A stretch of DNA of 64,000 nt from Candidatus Peregrinibacteria bacterium GW2011_GWC2_39_14 (GCA_000993595.1 LBWJ01000009.1:5935-69934), one strand, 5' to 3'; counted from the first letter of the stretch, positions 17,869-27,982 are shown. The notes: generated by a model from the letters alone, not told the origin. Numbers and translations are program-made.

Positions 17869-18600
17869 TTATATATGCCTGCTTGCAATGTGGCCTGCTC
17901 CCTCAACATATTTGCAATATTCACAATCCCCCGCCTTTGGGACTTTATTGCTATTGAGGCATTTGTATATATTTTTGATGGTTTTTGGAACCCAGGAGTC
18001 GTCCCCTTTGTACGGCAAAAGCTTGATATCGAACTCTAACTTTCCGTCAAATGTGTCGCAACTTGTTATTCCGTTTGCGTATACAAAATAGCCGGTCTTG
18101 CTGACTTTGAAGCCGTTATGGCGGAATAGCCATTGATAGATTTCCATTTGGCGCTTATAGCCGTCTTGCCATTCGGCGTCAATTGTTACTTCTTCCGCTT
18201 TGGATGTGGCTTTGTAGTCGACGATGATTAGCTCACCTGAGGGTTTTACCCAGACGTCGTCAACGCCTCCGGTTATTAAGAGATTTGTTTTTGGGAATTT
18301 ATAAGTGATGCCTTTATGCAAAGAGTCGCGCCATTCATCGATTTTCTCGTGAGAAAAAGGGATTGCCTTTAAGCCATATGCTTTCATTAATGGATGAGGA
18401 GTACCGTTTGCTCGATGGATATCGAATTCCTTTTTTAATAGCTTATCGACGGCGTTATTTAAAGAAAATGGATAACTTGGGGGTTGCTTGATGCCGAGTT
18501 TGCGGTCGAGATAGAAGCAGCGCGGGCATTTGATGAATAAGTCGATTTTGGAGCGGGAGAGGCGAAAGGGGGCGGGGGTAGTTGGGGAGTAGAGGGGCAT
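17869..18600 (-). CDS. PD-(D/E)XK (RecB/Cas4-like) nuclease
   Basis: LSRS...CPRCFY, GGVDDV, IVDYKAT, QMEIY, C-terminal CEYC. Confidence 0.88.
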   Translation of the reverse strand: MPLYSPTTPAPFRLSRSKIDLFIKCPRCFYLDRKLGIKQPPSYPFSLNNAVDKLLKKEFDIHRANGTPHPLMKAYGLKAIPFSHEKIDEWRDSLHKGITYKFPKTNLLITGGVDDVWVKPSGELIIVDYKATSKAEEVTIDAEWQDGYKRQMEIYQWLFRHNGFKVSKTGYFVYANGITSCDTFDGKLEFDIKLLPYKGDDSWVPKTIKNIYKCLNSNKVPKAGDCEYCKYVEGAGHIASRHI

Positions 18601-18610
18601 AGAAATTAAA

Positions 18611-20032
18611 TTACATCAAAAAATAATATTCTAAGGGAATAGATACGGTTTTAAATTCCTTATCAATTTTTAGCTCAGAACTGGAAAGTATCAAATTATA
18701 ATCGGAATTGATTTTTTTCATACTATTTATAATTTGTTTTTTGTCCTTATCCCCCATCCCTACCTCGATTATAATTTGTTTATTATTCAGTATTTGTAAA
18801 ATGAAATCTGCCCCGCCTTGTTCGCTATCATAACGGATCGCCCCCTGCCCTCTTAAAATAAATTCTCTATATAAATGCGACCCTATTGAATCTTCCAATA
18901 ATTTGCCCTGTCTTGTGAGATACGTGCTTTCCTGTCCGGTAAAATAAAAAAATGACATCCTAATCGCAGGAGACATGAAAAGATATTTATTCGCTTTTTT
19001 TGCAATCGTCATATTCGACCCATATGCCGGAATTTTGATTAATAATTCCGCTTTCTCTAATGCGTCAAAGATGTTAGCTATTGTCAAACGATTTATTTTA
19101 AATCTTTCCTCTAAAGCATTGAGGCTTGTTATGTCGTTCTCGGCGATAGCAAAGATAATTCTTTTCACAACGCCAAGCGTATTTGAATCGAAATTGCCTA
19201 GCATCGGTAGATCTTGCTTGATTATTTTATCCAAAAGTAAGGAAATCGAATCGTATACTGCGGGCTCATTCGGCATTACAAAAGAAAAAGGCAAAGTTCC
19301 ATAGGATAAATATGTCTTAATATCAGCTTTATTTATCTTTGACCAATATTGATTAACTAATGCCTGCAATGGCAATAAATTGTTATATACCTCTTCAGCG
19401 TTTGAAGAAAAATATACCGCCTGTCTTATTTTTTCTTTTAGCTTTGGTGGATAAATGCCGTTTTTGATCATTTCGTATTCCGTAAAACACATCGGAGGCA
19501 TTTTTTCAAAAACTGCTCTACGAGCCAAATTCGTTGTCGTCTGCAGAATCAAAGCCGATGAACCGGTACAACAAAAGAATACGTTTGACGTTTTTTCAAA
19601 TAAGGATTTTAAGGTAACTGCCCATTTGAGATCACTTTGGATTTCATCCAAAAAAATGAGGATGGGTTCTTTTACGCTTTCCAAATTATTGCCTAAAATT
19701 TCTTCATAAGCAGACATAAGTTCTGCAATACCGGCATCAAATAAATTCTTGGCATCTTCAACTGATAGAAATAAAATTTTACCGACTTTACTTTGATATT
19801 CCGTGCATGTTTGTGCCATCAATGTCGTTTTACCAACACCCCTGAAGCCAGGAATTATTACCATTTTAGTCCCTGATTTCTTAGACAAAAAATCGTCTAT
19901 ATATTTCTGCAATTTCACAAACATAAAACGCCTTGGGTGTTTTTTGCCATCCATGCTGTGAGTAAAACGCTTCAACCGCTCATTGGTTGTACGAATTTGT
20001 TGCTGCAGATATTGAACTAGTTCTTGGTTCAT
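18611..20032 (-). CDS. AAA_14/DUF4143-type ATPase
   Basis: GFRGVGKTT, FLDEIQ, TGSS, L-x-RR, YLSYGTLP, C-terminal ADF...IEV. Confidence 0.88.
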   Translation of the reverse strand: MNQELVQYLQQQIRTTNERLKRFTHSMDGKKHPRRFMFVKLQKYIDDFLSKKSGTKMVIIPGFRGVGKTTLMAQTCTEYQSKVGKILFLSVEDAKNLFDAGIAELMSAYEEILGNNLESVKEPILIFLDEIQSDLKWAVTLKSLFEKTSNVFFCCTGSSALILQTTTNLARRAVFEKMPPMCFTEYEMIKNGIYPPKLKEKIRQAVYFSSNAEEVYNNLLPLQALVNQYWSKINKADIKTYLSYGTLPFSFVMPNEPAVYDSISLLLDKIIKQDLPMLGNFDSNTLGVVKRIIFAIAENDITSLNALEERFKINRLTIANIFDALEKAELLIKIPAYGSNMTIAKKANKYLFMSPAIRMSFFYFTGQESTYLTRQGKLLEDSIGSHLYREFILRGQGAIRYDSEQGGADFILQILNNKQIIIEVGMGDKDKKQIINSMKKINSDYNLILSSSELKIDKEFKTVSIPLEYYFLM

Positions 20033-20039
20033 ATATTTA

Positions 20040-20092
20040 ACTATACTAGAGATGTACCCTTCTAGTATAGTCTGTTATACCAGAAAGGTCAA
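20040..20092 (-). promoter_or_regulatory. Promoter with perfect 11-bp inverted repeat operator
   Basis: TTGACC(20087-92)-17-TATACT(20064-69); ACTATACTAGA-N10-TCTAGTATAGT at 20040-20071. Confidence 0.72.
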
Positions 20093-20195
20093 GGGATTGT
20101 TTTTGGCTTATTCTAAGCCATTTACTAAATGGTTTTCTTGATGGCTTTGATGAGATCGGCATGAGCTATGTGATGATTTAACGTTGAAACGTACG

Positions 20196-20567
20196 TTAGC
20201 TTATTACCTTATCTTTTATCGCTTTATCTATTAATTTTTTAAAATCTTCTTGTGGAATCATTGGACAATACTGACCCCATGTCCATTTACCCTTAACTTT
20301 GCCATTTTTCCCTATCATGTAATAGCCAATCCTATATTCAACGTCTCCTGCTTTCAAATACTTGTGAGTATTTTCGCCTTCAATGCCAATTCTTCTCAAT
20401 CTTTCTATTACAAAAACTTTTTCTTCTAAATTATGCTGAGTCATGAATGTCCAAGCTTCTCTTTCGAAAATATGTTTTCCCTTTCGACTTATATCCTTCA
20501 TTTTTATCGGCTTTTTCTTGGTATATTCTTGGTTTTTGCGGGAGATGAATTGTTGAGAGGATTCCAT
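20196..20567 (-). CDS. Hypothetical protein
   Basis: 123-aa ORF coupled to the upstream gene (1-bp gap). Confidence 0.7.
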   Translation of the reverse strand: MESSQQFISRKNQEYTKKKPIKMKDISRKGKHIFEREAWTFMTQHNLEEKVFVIERLRRIGIEGENTHKYLKAGDVEYRIGYYMIGKNGKVKGKWTWGQYCPMIPQEDFKKLIDKAIKDKVIS

Positions 20568-20568
20568 G

Positions 20569-21189
20569 TTAATTTTTTATGCAATATTTTTGTGAAGCCG
20601 GCTGTGGACAGGCCCTTTCGCCTAATCCGTCTTTATATTTTTTCTCACATGTTCTTGACGTTATCTCCCACTCTCCGTCTTCTCTCCTGTCAAAATAAAA
20701 TGATATGATTTCCCAAATTCTTTGCGGATTACTGTCGGCTTTTAGAGTATAAGAATATTTACTGCAAATAATTTTACTTTTATTCAACGCTTCCGGGTCC
20801 CAAACTTTAATATCTTCATATCCGCTAATATGCTTGAATACTTCCCTTTGAAGCTCTTGCACCTCAGATCCATCATTTATATCACACTTACTTTTAGCCA
20901 TTAAAGAACAAACTTCTCTAAATCTATTATTATTTAAAAGTCCATAATATTTACCAGTAAGCTCTTCCGGATTGATTCCCTTCAACTCTTCCGTTCTATT
21001 ATTTATGATATTTGGATCTTTTATACCTTCATAATTTATCTGAACTGAATCAGCTTGTATTGCAGGACTCTGATTGCCTGTGGTTGAAATGTTTGTGCTA
21101 CTTGATGGATATATTGGACTTATAAAAGCAACAAGCACTGGAACCACTATAGTTGAAATTATGGCGATTATTTTATTTGTCATATTCAT
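20569..21189 (-). CDS. Membrane-anchored Cys-containing hypothetical protein
   Basis: N-terminal TM helix, six Cys, starts 5 bp after hsdR. Confidence 0.7.
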   Translation of the reverse strand: MNMTNKIIAIISTIVVPVLVAFISPIYPSSSTNISTTGNQSPAIQADSVQINYEGIKDPNIINNRTEELKGINPEELTGKYYGLLNNNRFREVCSLMAKSKCDINDGSEVQELQREVFKHISGYEDIKVWDPEALNKSKIICSKYSYTLKADSNPQRIWEIISFYFDRREDGEWEITSRTCEKKYKDGLGERACPQPASQKYCIKN

Positions 21190-21194
21190 TGCCT

Positions 21195-24100
21195 CTATAC
21201 GTTAATCAAATCTTTTGAATCCCTGTATCTTTCATAAACAAAGTTATAAACCTCAAATCCTTTTAGCCCGCATTCCTCTTCCGTATAAGCTTCTACCGGC
21301 AATTTCTTGAATAATAGATCTGAAATAGTGACCTTCACCCCAGAGCGATTTGCCTCAAAATCTCTCCAGTGTGGCACAAGAAGAGGTTTAAGATTTGTTA
21401 GCAATTCGTGGGTTGCACCTTTGATACTGGCAACTTCATCTGGATTTAGATTTTCTTTAACTAGTAAATCAAAAATGGCCAATTCATCCTCACTTAGATT
21501 TTCTTTTACTGATCGCTGTTCTTCTTCGCTTAAATCTTTAGCAAGCGCTATAAGATTGTCAAAAAGCTGATCTACATCATGCGCACCGCTATTGTACTCT
21601 TGCAAAAGGGAGACAAGTCTCTCCATAAACTTCGCACGTTTCTTGTTTCTCTTAACCATTTCTGTAATCTTTTTCTCAAGCTCAGCAGACATTGCTTCTA
21701 CTTGTAAATTCTTATCATCAAGACCTGCAAAAAATGTTTGCAAGGCATCTGCATCAAGAGCACTTAAGTCTTTTATTTTTTTATGTTGAGAAATAACATA
21801 TTCTCCAGCTTGGATTGATTTATCAAGCAAGTCCTCCAGATCTTTTTTTACTTGAGATACATCTATACTCTGCGATCCTACATCACGGATGCGTGAAGCA
21901 AGCACGCGAACAGCTGTTACTTCTTTATAAAAATTCTCTGCATCTGGATCAGGTAATACCGAGCGATAGGCACTTTGTAGGTCACTAGCAAGGTTTAAAA
22001 ACTTCTTTTTCTTCTCTTGTTGTCCAATTATTATATTAGCGTATTTTTCCAGTAGCAATAACTTTTGATCGCTTGGAGCTTCGAGTAAAGGAGCTAGTTC
22101 AATCTGTTCAGCGCTTAGAAATTCTTTTATGGTGTGAAGCGCATTTTTTAAATTATTTAAAAGCTCATCTTTGCTTTTGATTATGTCATCTTCATCAACT
22201 CCACTAGCCGCATATAACGCCAAGGCACGCTCAATATTCTTAAATACGCCGATATAATCAACGATTAAACCATTCTTTTTACCTTCATCGGCCACACGAT
22301 TAGCGCGAGCGATAGTTTGCATTAAAGTGTGGTTTTTCAATGGCTTATCCAAGTATAAGGTTGAAAGATTTGGCACATCAAAGCCAGTCATCCACATGGC
22401 GCAAACAAACACAATTCGCAAATTACTATCAGCTTCTTTGAATTCATCTTCAAGAGATATAACCCTTCCATCCTTCGAAGTCTTTTTAAGAATTCTCTCT
22501 CTGATTGGCTTTACATCAATCTCAAATTCTTCCATGTCGGCAATTTCGTTTTGGTTATCGCCAAGACTTACCATCACCGCCATATCAACATTTTCGTGTT
22601 GTTCGAGCTTAACTAAGATCTCTTCGTGTTTGCGTTCATCTGTCGTACGCGTTAGATCCATGGCCAATTTTTTGATATATCGATTCCATTCTTTTTTTAC
22701 TTTGTCATACATTCTGAAAGTGGTTTTCTTATCAATACAAACCACCATTGCCTTTCCGTCATAGCCTCGCCCTGCATAATGCTCCACAATATCGCGCGCA
22801 ATAGTATCCAGGCGATCTTCGCGAGTAATAATCTCATAGAAGTTAGAGTATTCTCGCTCCAGTTTCTCTTCTTCATCTTCATCGAGGTCATATCTATCCA
22901 TAAGTTGTCCCAGTTGTTCCTCGAGGTTTTCGTTTACGTTTTTTAACCTTGGTACACGATTTTCGTAGTATAGTGGCACAGTTGCTCCATCCCGCACAGA
23001 ATCACCAAAATTATATTTGGATACATAGTCTCCAAAAGTTTTTACCGTCTCTGCTTCGCCCATAAGCGGTGTACCGGTAAACCCGATAAAAGATGCGTTT
23101 GGCAGTGCTTTACGCATATTGAGAGCCATTCTGTCATATTGGGTACGGTGTGCCTCATCAGTCATCACTATAATATCTTCACGTTCTGATATAGCCTCTG
23201 ATATATCTTGGAACTTTTGAATGGTAGTGAAAATCTGGCGGTGATCTGCTCTCAACAAATCCTTAAGGTTCTCTATAGAATCCGCATGCACTTCTGCCTC
23301 ATGGACAGCTCCAGCATTAATAAAGTTTTTATAAGCCTGTCCGTCTAGTTGCGTTCTATCCGTAACAATTACGAAGGTGAAATTGCCGGTAACTTTGCGT
23401 AGGACTTTTTGTGATAACCAAACCATAGAATATGATTTACCTGAACCTTGTGTGTGCCAGAAAACACCTAATTTACCTTCCAACTCTTTTCTGTGCAAAA
23501 CGTTGTCAAAAGCTCTATTCACTCCAAGATATTGGAAGTATCGCGGAACAATCTTTTTTGCCTCACCTTTAACTTCATCGAACAAAATAAAGTTTTCAAA
23601 AATATCGAGCAGTCGCGTTTTGTCGCATATCCCACAAAGGATAGTTGTTAGATCAGTTCTCGGTTTATCTTCTTCGCTTTCGGCTTTTTTCCATTCGTTA
23701 AAAAACTCGTATGGTGCAGTTAGTGAGCCAAATTTATTTTCAATACCATTTGAAATAATAATTCCCATGTTATACCAAAATAACTTTGGGATAGTATCTT
23801 TATAATCACGGATATTATCGCGATGCGCGTCTACTAAACTTTTATGAGAGGCTTTGAGCTCTAATAAAACAAGAGGGATGCCGTTTACGAACAAAATAAC
23901 GTCAGGCCTTCGTGTATACATTTCACCCACCACCCACAGCTGAGACACAGCTAAAAAGTGATTGTTCTCTGCCTTTTCAAAATCAAAAAATCGCACACGT
24001 TCAGTCCAAGCATCTCCATCTTCTCCTACAACATTCACATTAACTCCGTCACGCAAAAGTTTGTAAATTTCTTGATTAGCTTTAACTAAACTCAAATTGG

Positions 24101-24344
24101 ATCGGTCGCGAGTGATTGCATCCACGGCTTGCTCAAGCATATCAGCAGGCGTAGCAGGATTGATTTTCTGAAGCGCAGGTAATAAATACTTTTTTAGAAC
24201 AACTTCGCCCTGATTTTCACGTCCAAGTAATAAGTCGTCTTCATCTTTGTAGGCGTTGATATGGCACGTATTATCACCCCATATTTCTTTTATGAGTTTA
24301 ATGACAGTTTGTTCGACGAGATTGTCTTCGGAAAATTGGTTCAT
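21195..24344 (-). CDS. hsdR: Type I restriction enzyme R subunit
   Basis: RPDVILFVNGIPLVLLELK, WHTQGSGKS, DEAHR, FTGTP, TGFDVP, QTIARANR. Confidence 0.97.
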   Translation of the reverse strand: MNQFSEDNLVEQTVIKLIKEIWGDNTCHINAYKDEDDLLLGRENQGEVVLKKYLLPALQKINPATPADMLEQAVDAITRDRSNLSLVKANQEIYKLLRDGVNVNVVGEDGDAWTERVRFFDFEKAENNHFLAVSQLWVVGEMYTRRPDVILFVNGIPLVLLELKASHKSLVDAHRDNIRDYKDTIPKLFWYNMGIIISNGIENKFGSLTAPYEFFNEWKKAESEEDKPRTDLTTILCGICDKTRLLDIFENFILFDEVKGEAKKIVPRYFQYLGVNRAFDNVLHRKELEGKLGVFWHTQGSGKSYSMVWLSQKVLRKVTGNFTFVIVTDRTQLDGQAYKNFINAGAVHEAEVHADSIENLKDLLRADHRQIFTTIQKFQDISEAISEREDIIVMTDEAHRTQYDRMALNMRKALPNASFIGFTGTPLMGEAETVKTFGDYVSKYNFGDSVRDGATVPLYYENRVPRLKNVNENLEEQLGQLMDRYDLDEDEEEKLEREYSNFYEIITREDRLDTIARDIVEHYAGRGYDGKAMVVCIDKKTTFRMYDKVKKEWNRYIKKLAMDLTRTTDERKHEEILVKLEQHENVDMAVMVSLGDNQNEIADMEEFEIDVKPIRERILKKTSKDGRVISLEDEFKEADSNLRIVFVCAMWMTGFDVPNLSTLYLDKPLKNHTLMQTIARANRVADEGKKNGLIVDYIGVFKNIERALALYAASGVDEDDIIKSKDELLNNLKNALHTIKEFLSAEQIELAPLLEAPSDQKLLLLEKYANIIIGQQEKKKKFLNLASDLQSAYRSVLPDPDAENFYKEVTAVRVLASRIRDVGSQSIDVSQVKKDLEDLLDKSIQAGEYVISQHKKIKDLSALDADALQTFFAGLDDKNLQVEAMSAELEKKITEMVKRNKKRAKFMERLVSLLQEYNSGAHDVDQLFDNLIALAKDLSEEEQRSVKENLSEDELAIFDLLVKENLNPDEVASIKGATHELLTNLKPLLVPHWRDFEANRSGVKVTISDLLFKKLPVEAYTEEECGLKGFEVYNFVYERYRDSKDLINV

Positions 24345-24347
24345 GGG

Positions 24348-25859
24348 TTAATCTTTTATTTCAGGTAAATATATTTTTAAAATATCTATTAATACTTGCC
24401 TTTTATCAGAAGATAAAAAACTAAGTACCAAATTTTTATACCCATTTTTTGATAGCTCTATTTTAGTCTGAATTTGACCAACAAGGCCTTTATGAGGATA
24501 CGCTTTTAGTATCTCTGTAACTTCAGCAGTGTGCTCAGGCAAATCTACTGTGGCCAGCTGATCTAATTCTGACAAAATAACTTTTTTAAAATTGTCATAC
24601 TCGGTTTTATCTTTTACTAATCCAAATTTTTCACCAAAATGCCTGTGTATTCTATATTTTGAAGCAGCAAACACCGCTTTTTCTTTATTTTCATGGTAAA
24701 CTTTCCTAATTTCGGCAACAATTTCCTCTTTTTTGTCAGCCTTCGACAAATGATTACAAACTATTCCAACTATTTCTGGTACAAGAAATATATTCTCAAC
24801 TTCATTCAATGTAATACTGAAGATCCCTGCATCCTTTAGTGATGTTAACTGTTCCTCAGTACGAAAATCTTTATCTATAAGACCATAAACCTTTTTGTCA
24901 TGAAGATCAGAATGAGTTCTAAGTCCTTTTACCGCTTCAATAACTTTTTCACAAGAACCACAAGGAATTACTGTGAAATTTTCGTAGTATGTCTGATAAA
25001 TTTGCATATCAAGAGATCCTTTATTGCCTTCCACAAACAAAACAGGTTTTCTACTCCCAAGAATTTCAAGAAAAAGATTTTCAGGGATGACTTCATTGGG
25101 ATCAAGCTCTTTCCAATCCCATAAACTATTCTTATAACCTTGAATCCAAATCAATTTGTTTGATGGCTTACTGACGGCAAAATCAAGATCATGCGTTATA
25201 TAGATAAAAGTACAATCATTTCTACACTCTTCAAGCTTATTCCACAATCTCACCATTAAAGATTTATGCAGATGGAGCTCAGGCTCATCAATAATCAAAA
25301 TACAATCTTTGTCGGCCAAAAGAATTTGCGAGATAAGATATAATCCCACTTTCTCGCCATCGCTCATTTCCGCGCCAGAAAATTCATTTGTTTCATTTAC
25401 GGCTCGCACTCTATCTTTCTCTAATTTTAATGTTCTATATGGAAAAACAAAATTCCAAACTTCAATTACCTGCTCTTTTACAGATTTTAGAAGTTCCTCT
25501 TTTTTGAGACTGCCCTTTGTGTTTATATCATTAATAGCTTTTTCGTTTCTCCAAGATTCCTCGGCAAATAGAGACATCAATACTTGCTGAAAGTCATTTT
25601 GGGGCTGAATAGGGCTTTGATTTTTATAAACACTCCTCAATTGCGACTCTGCGGTTTCATGATCTTGCTTCTGGACAACTTCGCTCAACTGTAAATATCT
25701 TTGCGCAGAAATCCTTTTTGTAGGATTGTTTATCTGTTCAAGTTTCGACCCAAGTCTGGTTTTGCCACTTCCATTTGCGCCAACAATAACTATATTTTTT
25801 TCGATTGTTATAGCCTCTTGTTCACCACTACCCGATTTTAGAATTTGTATGGTTTTCAT
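24348..25859 (-). CDS. Fused ABC-type ATPase + TOPRIM (DUF4435-like) nuclease, PARIS/OLD-like
   Basis: GANGSGKT, MSDGEK, IIDEPELHLH, ITHD; then LFVEG...D, GSCEKV, LIDKD, EVENIFL. Confidence 0.85.
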   Translation of the reverse strand: MKTIQILKSGSGEQEAITIEKNIVIVGANGSGKTRLGSKLEQINNPTKRISAQRYLQLSEVVQKQDHETAESQLRSVYKNQSPIQPQNDFQQVLMSLFAEESWRNEKAINDINTKGSLKKEELLKSVKEQVIEVWNFVFPYRTLKLEKDRVRAVNETNEFSGAEMSDGEKVGLYLISQILLADKDCILIIDEPELHLHKSLMVRLWNKLEECRNDCTFIYITHDLDFAVSKPSNKLIWIQGYKNSLWDWKELDPNEVIPENLFLEILGSRKPVLFVEGNKGSLDMQIYQTYYENFTVIPCGSCEKVIEAVKGLRTHSDLHDKKVYGLIDKDFRTEEQLTSLKDAGIFSITLNEVENIFLVPEIVGIVCNHLSKADKKEEIVAEIRKVYHENKEKAVFAASKYRIHRHFGEKFGLVKDKTEYDNFKKVILSELDQLATVDLPEHTAEVTEILKAYPHKGLVGQIQTKIELSKNGYKNLVLSFLSSDKRQVLIDILKIYLPEIKD

Positions 25860-27100
25860 AAATATTCTTTTAGAATTCGCTTCCCAGTGACCAACTGGGG
25901 AATTAAAAGGTCGCGCATTTTTGATAAACGGTTATTTTCTCTCTGTAGTCTAAGAATTAAATCCATAACAGAACTTATAAGCGTCTCAAAATTATTAAGA
26001 ATATTAGACTGCGGGCATAAAATCTTAATCTTTTTAAAATTTCCCTTATTAATTTCTTTAAAGGTTGCTCCTGAACCTAGATCAATGAATAAAGGTACAT
26101 GTTGTTTTAGCCAATAATAAAGAAAATACAAAGTGACTTTTTCGTTGGGCAAACAGGTAATAAAACCCTGATTCGTGGAAGCAAAAGATGTATTAATTGA
26201 AATTGCACCAATAGTTGCTCTACTTGTCATCATTACGCTGAAAGGAGGAAATAACTTTGCAGAACTTTTTTTCAATCCAGTCTCTGTAATCTTTTCGGAT
26301 GATGCGTCTGTAAACATTTGATCGGCTCCAGTCAAATCAGTCGGCGTATACCAATTTATCTCTCCTCCCCAATATTCAGGAACTAACCTAGATGGAGTTC
26401 CTCCTCCTAATATTTCAAAACTTTCTTCAACACTTCGGATCGCCCACTCCTCAGGCACCATACCATATTCAGTACCACTATCCACCATTTTTACTTTTTC
26501 ATGACCCGGAAATTTGAACTTCACAAACCACTCCACGTAGAGAAGCTGTGCCATTTCTTCCAATGCCTTGATGCGCTTTTCGTTGTTTTCGATCAGGTCA
26601 TCGTAGGTAGAGAGGACAGAAGCAATACGGGTTTGTATTTCAATCTCTCTTTTTTGTAACTCTATCGTTTCAATTCTATTCAGAGCTAACTTTGGCTGCG
26701 TACTACCTCCAACACGTGCACGAATTTGAAATTGACCTTCTCTGCTTCGTAGAAAATACATCAAATAATCTCTATCAATTTGTGTTTTATCAAGTTCTGT
26801 AATTTTTGCTGCATTTTCAGTTAGATTCGCTCCCGACAAAAAATTGGGTATTTTACCAACGAGTCCAATCGTCCCCGCAATACTTATGTACACATCGTCA
26901 TCAGAGATGGTATATCGCTTTATTTGTTCAAAAGCCTCATCTGGAACATATTTAATATTTGAGGCGTTCAACTTGTCCGACTCCATGTCAGTGACTCGGA
27001 TATACGGATGGTTTGTCTTCTTGTCTTGCACAAAAAATCCACCAGACAACCTTTTACCACCCTTAACTTTTGCGAAATCTTTTATTTGAAAAATTGCCAT
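25856..27100 (-). CDS. hsdS: Type I R-M specificity subunit
   Basis: Two TRDs joined by the conserved QTRIASVLSTYDDLIENNEKRI helix; ends RDLLIPQLVTG. Confidence 0.95.
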   Translation of the reverse strand: MAIFQIKDFAKVKGGKRLSGGFFVQDKKTNHPYIRVTDMESDKLNASNIKYVPDEAFEQIKRYTISDDDVYISIAGTIGLVGKIPNFLSGANLTENAAKITELDKTQIDRDYLMYFLRSREGQFQIRARVGGSTQPKLALNRIETIELQKREIEIQTRIASVLSTYDDLIENNEKRIKALEEMAQLLYVEWFVKFKFPGHEKVKMVDSGTEYGMVPEEWAIRSVEESFEILGGGTPSRLVPEYWGGEINWYTPTDLTGADQMFTDASSEKITETGLKKSSAKLFPPFSVMMTSRATIGAISINTSFASTNQGFITCLPNEKVTLYFLYYWLKQHVPLFIDLGSGATFKEINKGNFKKIKILCPQSNILNNFETLISSVMDLILRLQRENNRLSKMRDLLIPQLVTGKRILKEYL

Positions 27101-27883
27101 TTATTTATTGTAAAAATTAATAATTTTCTGTATTCGCTCAAGATATATCGGCAAAACAGAAAAACTTGCGAGTACTTCTTCGCGAGTAATATCAATACCA
27201 GTCGGGTGACCGGAATCATCTCTACCCTTTTTGATTAGATCATAAATACCATTAAATGTTTGCTCAATGTTATTTTTTATATCAGGAGATAAATCATTTT
27301 TATGTGGCTCAAATTCCTTTTTAAAATCTTCCCGTAACTGCTGAAATGGCTTGAATTTAACTGGAATAATCGTAACTCTATATTTTTTCTCAAAAGTTGA
27401 AATCAGCTGTAAAAAGGCCTCTTCAGAAGCGACTCCCAACATAACTGCCGTTGCTCTATACGCACCACCTCGAAAACATTTAATAGCTTCATGGATGTAT
27501 TCCAGTGCCAACTCGCTGATTCCGGCTGCTTTTGTCTTTATGTGATCAAGATAGCCTGCCGGATCATAAGGAACTGGACATTCCGCTTCAGCAACTTTTT
27601 TTCCATATTCCGTTACGCGAAGCCAAGGATAACCTTGAGAAGTAAAGGTTACAATTCCTTGGACCACTAAGTCCCACACAATACCTGCAATTTCTTCGCG
27701 TTGCTCGTTAGTCAAATGATAACCACCACCTTCTCTAGTGCCAGTGGCAATAAATTTTGCTTCTTTGTCTACCCCGTCAATTACACCAAGCATCTGTATC
27801 TGAACACGTGGAACAGACATTTGCTTTTTAAAATATTGTAATACGAATTTGTAGAGTTCTTGTTGTGTGATTGAATTCCCCAT
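27101..27883 (-). CDS. Hypothetical protein with C-terminal HEPN-like domain
   Basis: YIHEAIKCFRGGAYRATAVMLG and RDDSGH (Rx4H); N-terminus possibly wHTH. Confidence 0.65.
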   Translation of the reverse strand: MGNSITQQELYKFVLQYFKKQMSVPRVQIQMLGVIDGVDKEAKFIATGTREGGGYHLTNEQREEIAGIVWDLVVQGIVTFTSQGYPWLRVTEYGKKVAEAECPVPYDPAGYLDHIKTKAAGISELALEYIHEAIKCFRGGAYRATAVMLGVASEEAFLQLISTFEKKYRVTIIPVKFKPFQQLREDFKKEFEPHKNDLSPDIKNNIEQTFNGIYDLIKKGRDDSGHPTGIDITREEVLASFSVLPIYLERIQKIINFYNK

Positions 27884-27982
27884 ACTTATTCATTTTTAGT
27901 AGCATTTGCAAGCAAAATCCCTTGTTTTTGCCTTATTCAAGCCAATTTTACTTTTACTTGCTTTGGTCGATGCAAGTAAAAA

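Noticed and set aside
12412..18022. Duplicated gene segments as DGR template/variable repeats
   Set aside because: Mismatches go both ways (A>G and G>A) and include an indel; no reverse transcriptase is present
17869..18600. Cas4-like nuclease as evidence of CRISPR-Cas
   Set aside because: No repeat-spacer array and no other cas gene in the window; a solo PD-(D/E)XK protein
11696..21189. Integron cassette array
   Set aside because: Genes are co-oriented, but there is no consistent attC structure, most units have their own promoters, and no intI is present; TAAC at some stops looks incidental
25856..27100. Phase-variable hsdS shufflon
   Set aside because: Single hsdS with no silent TRD copies or invertase nearby
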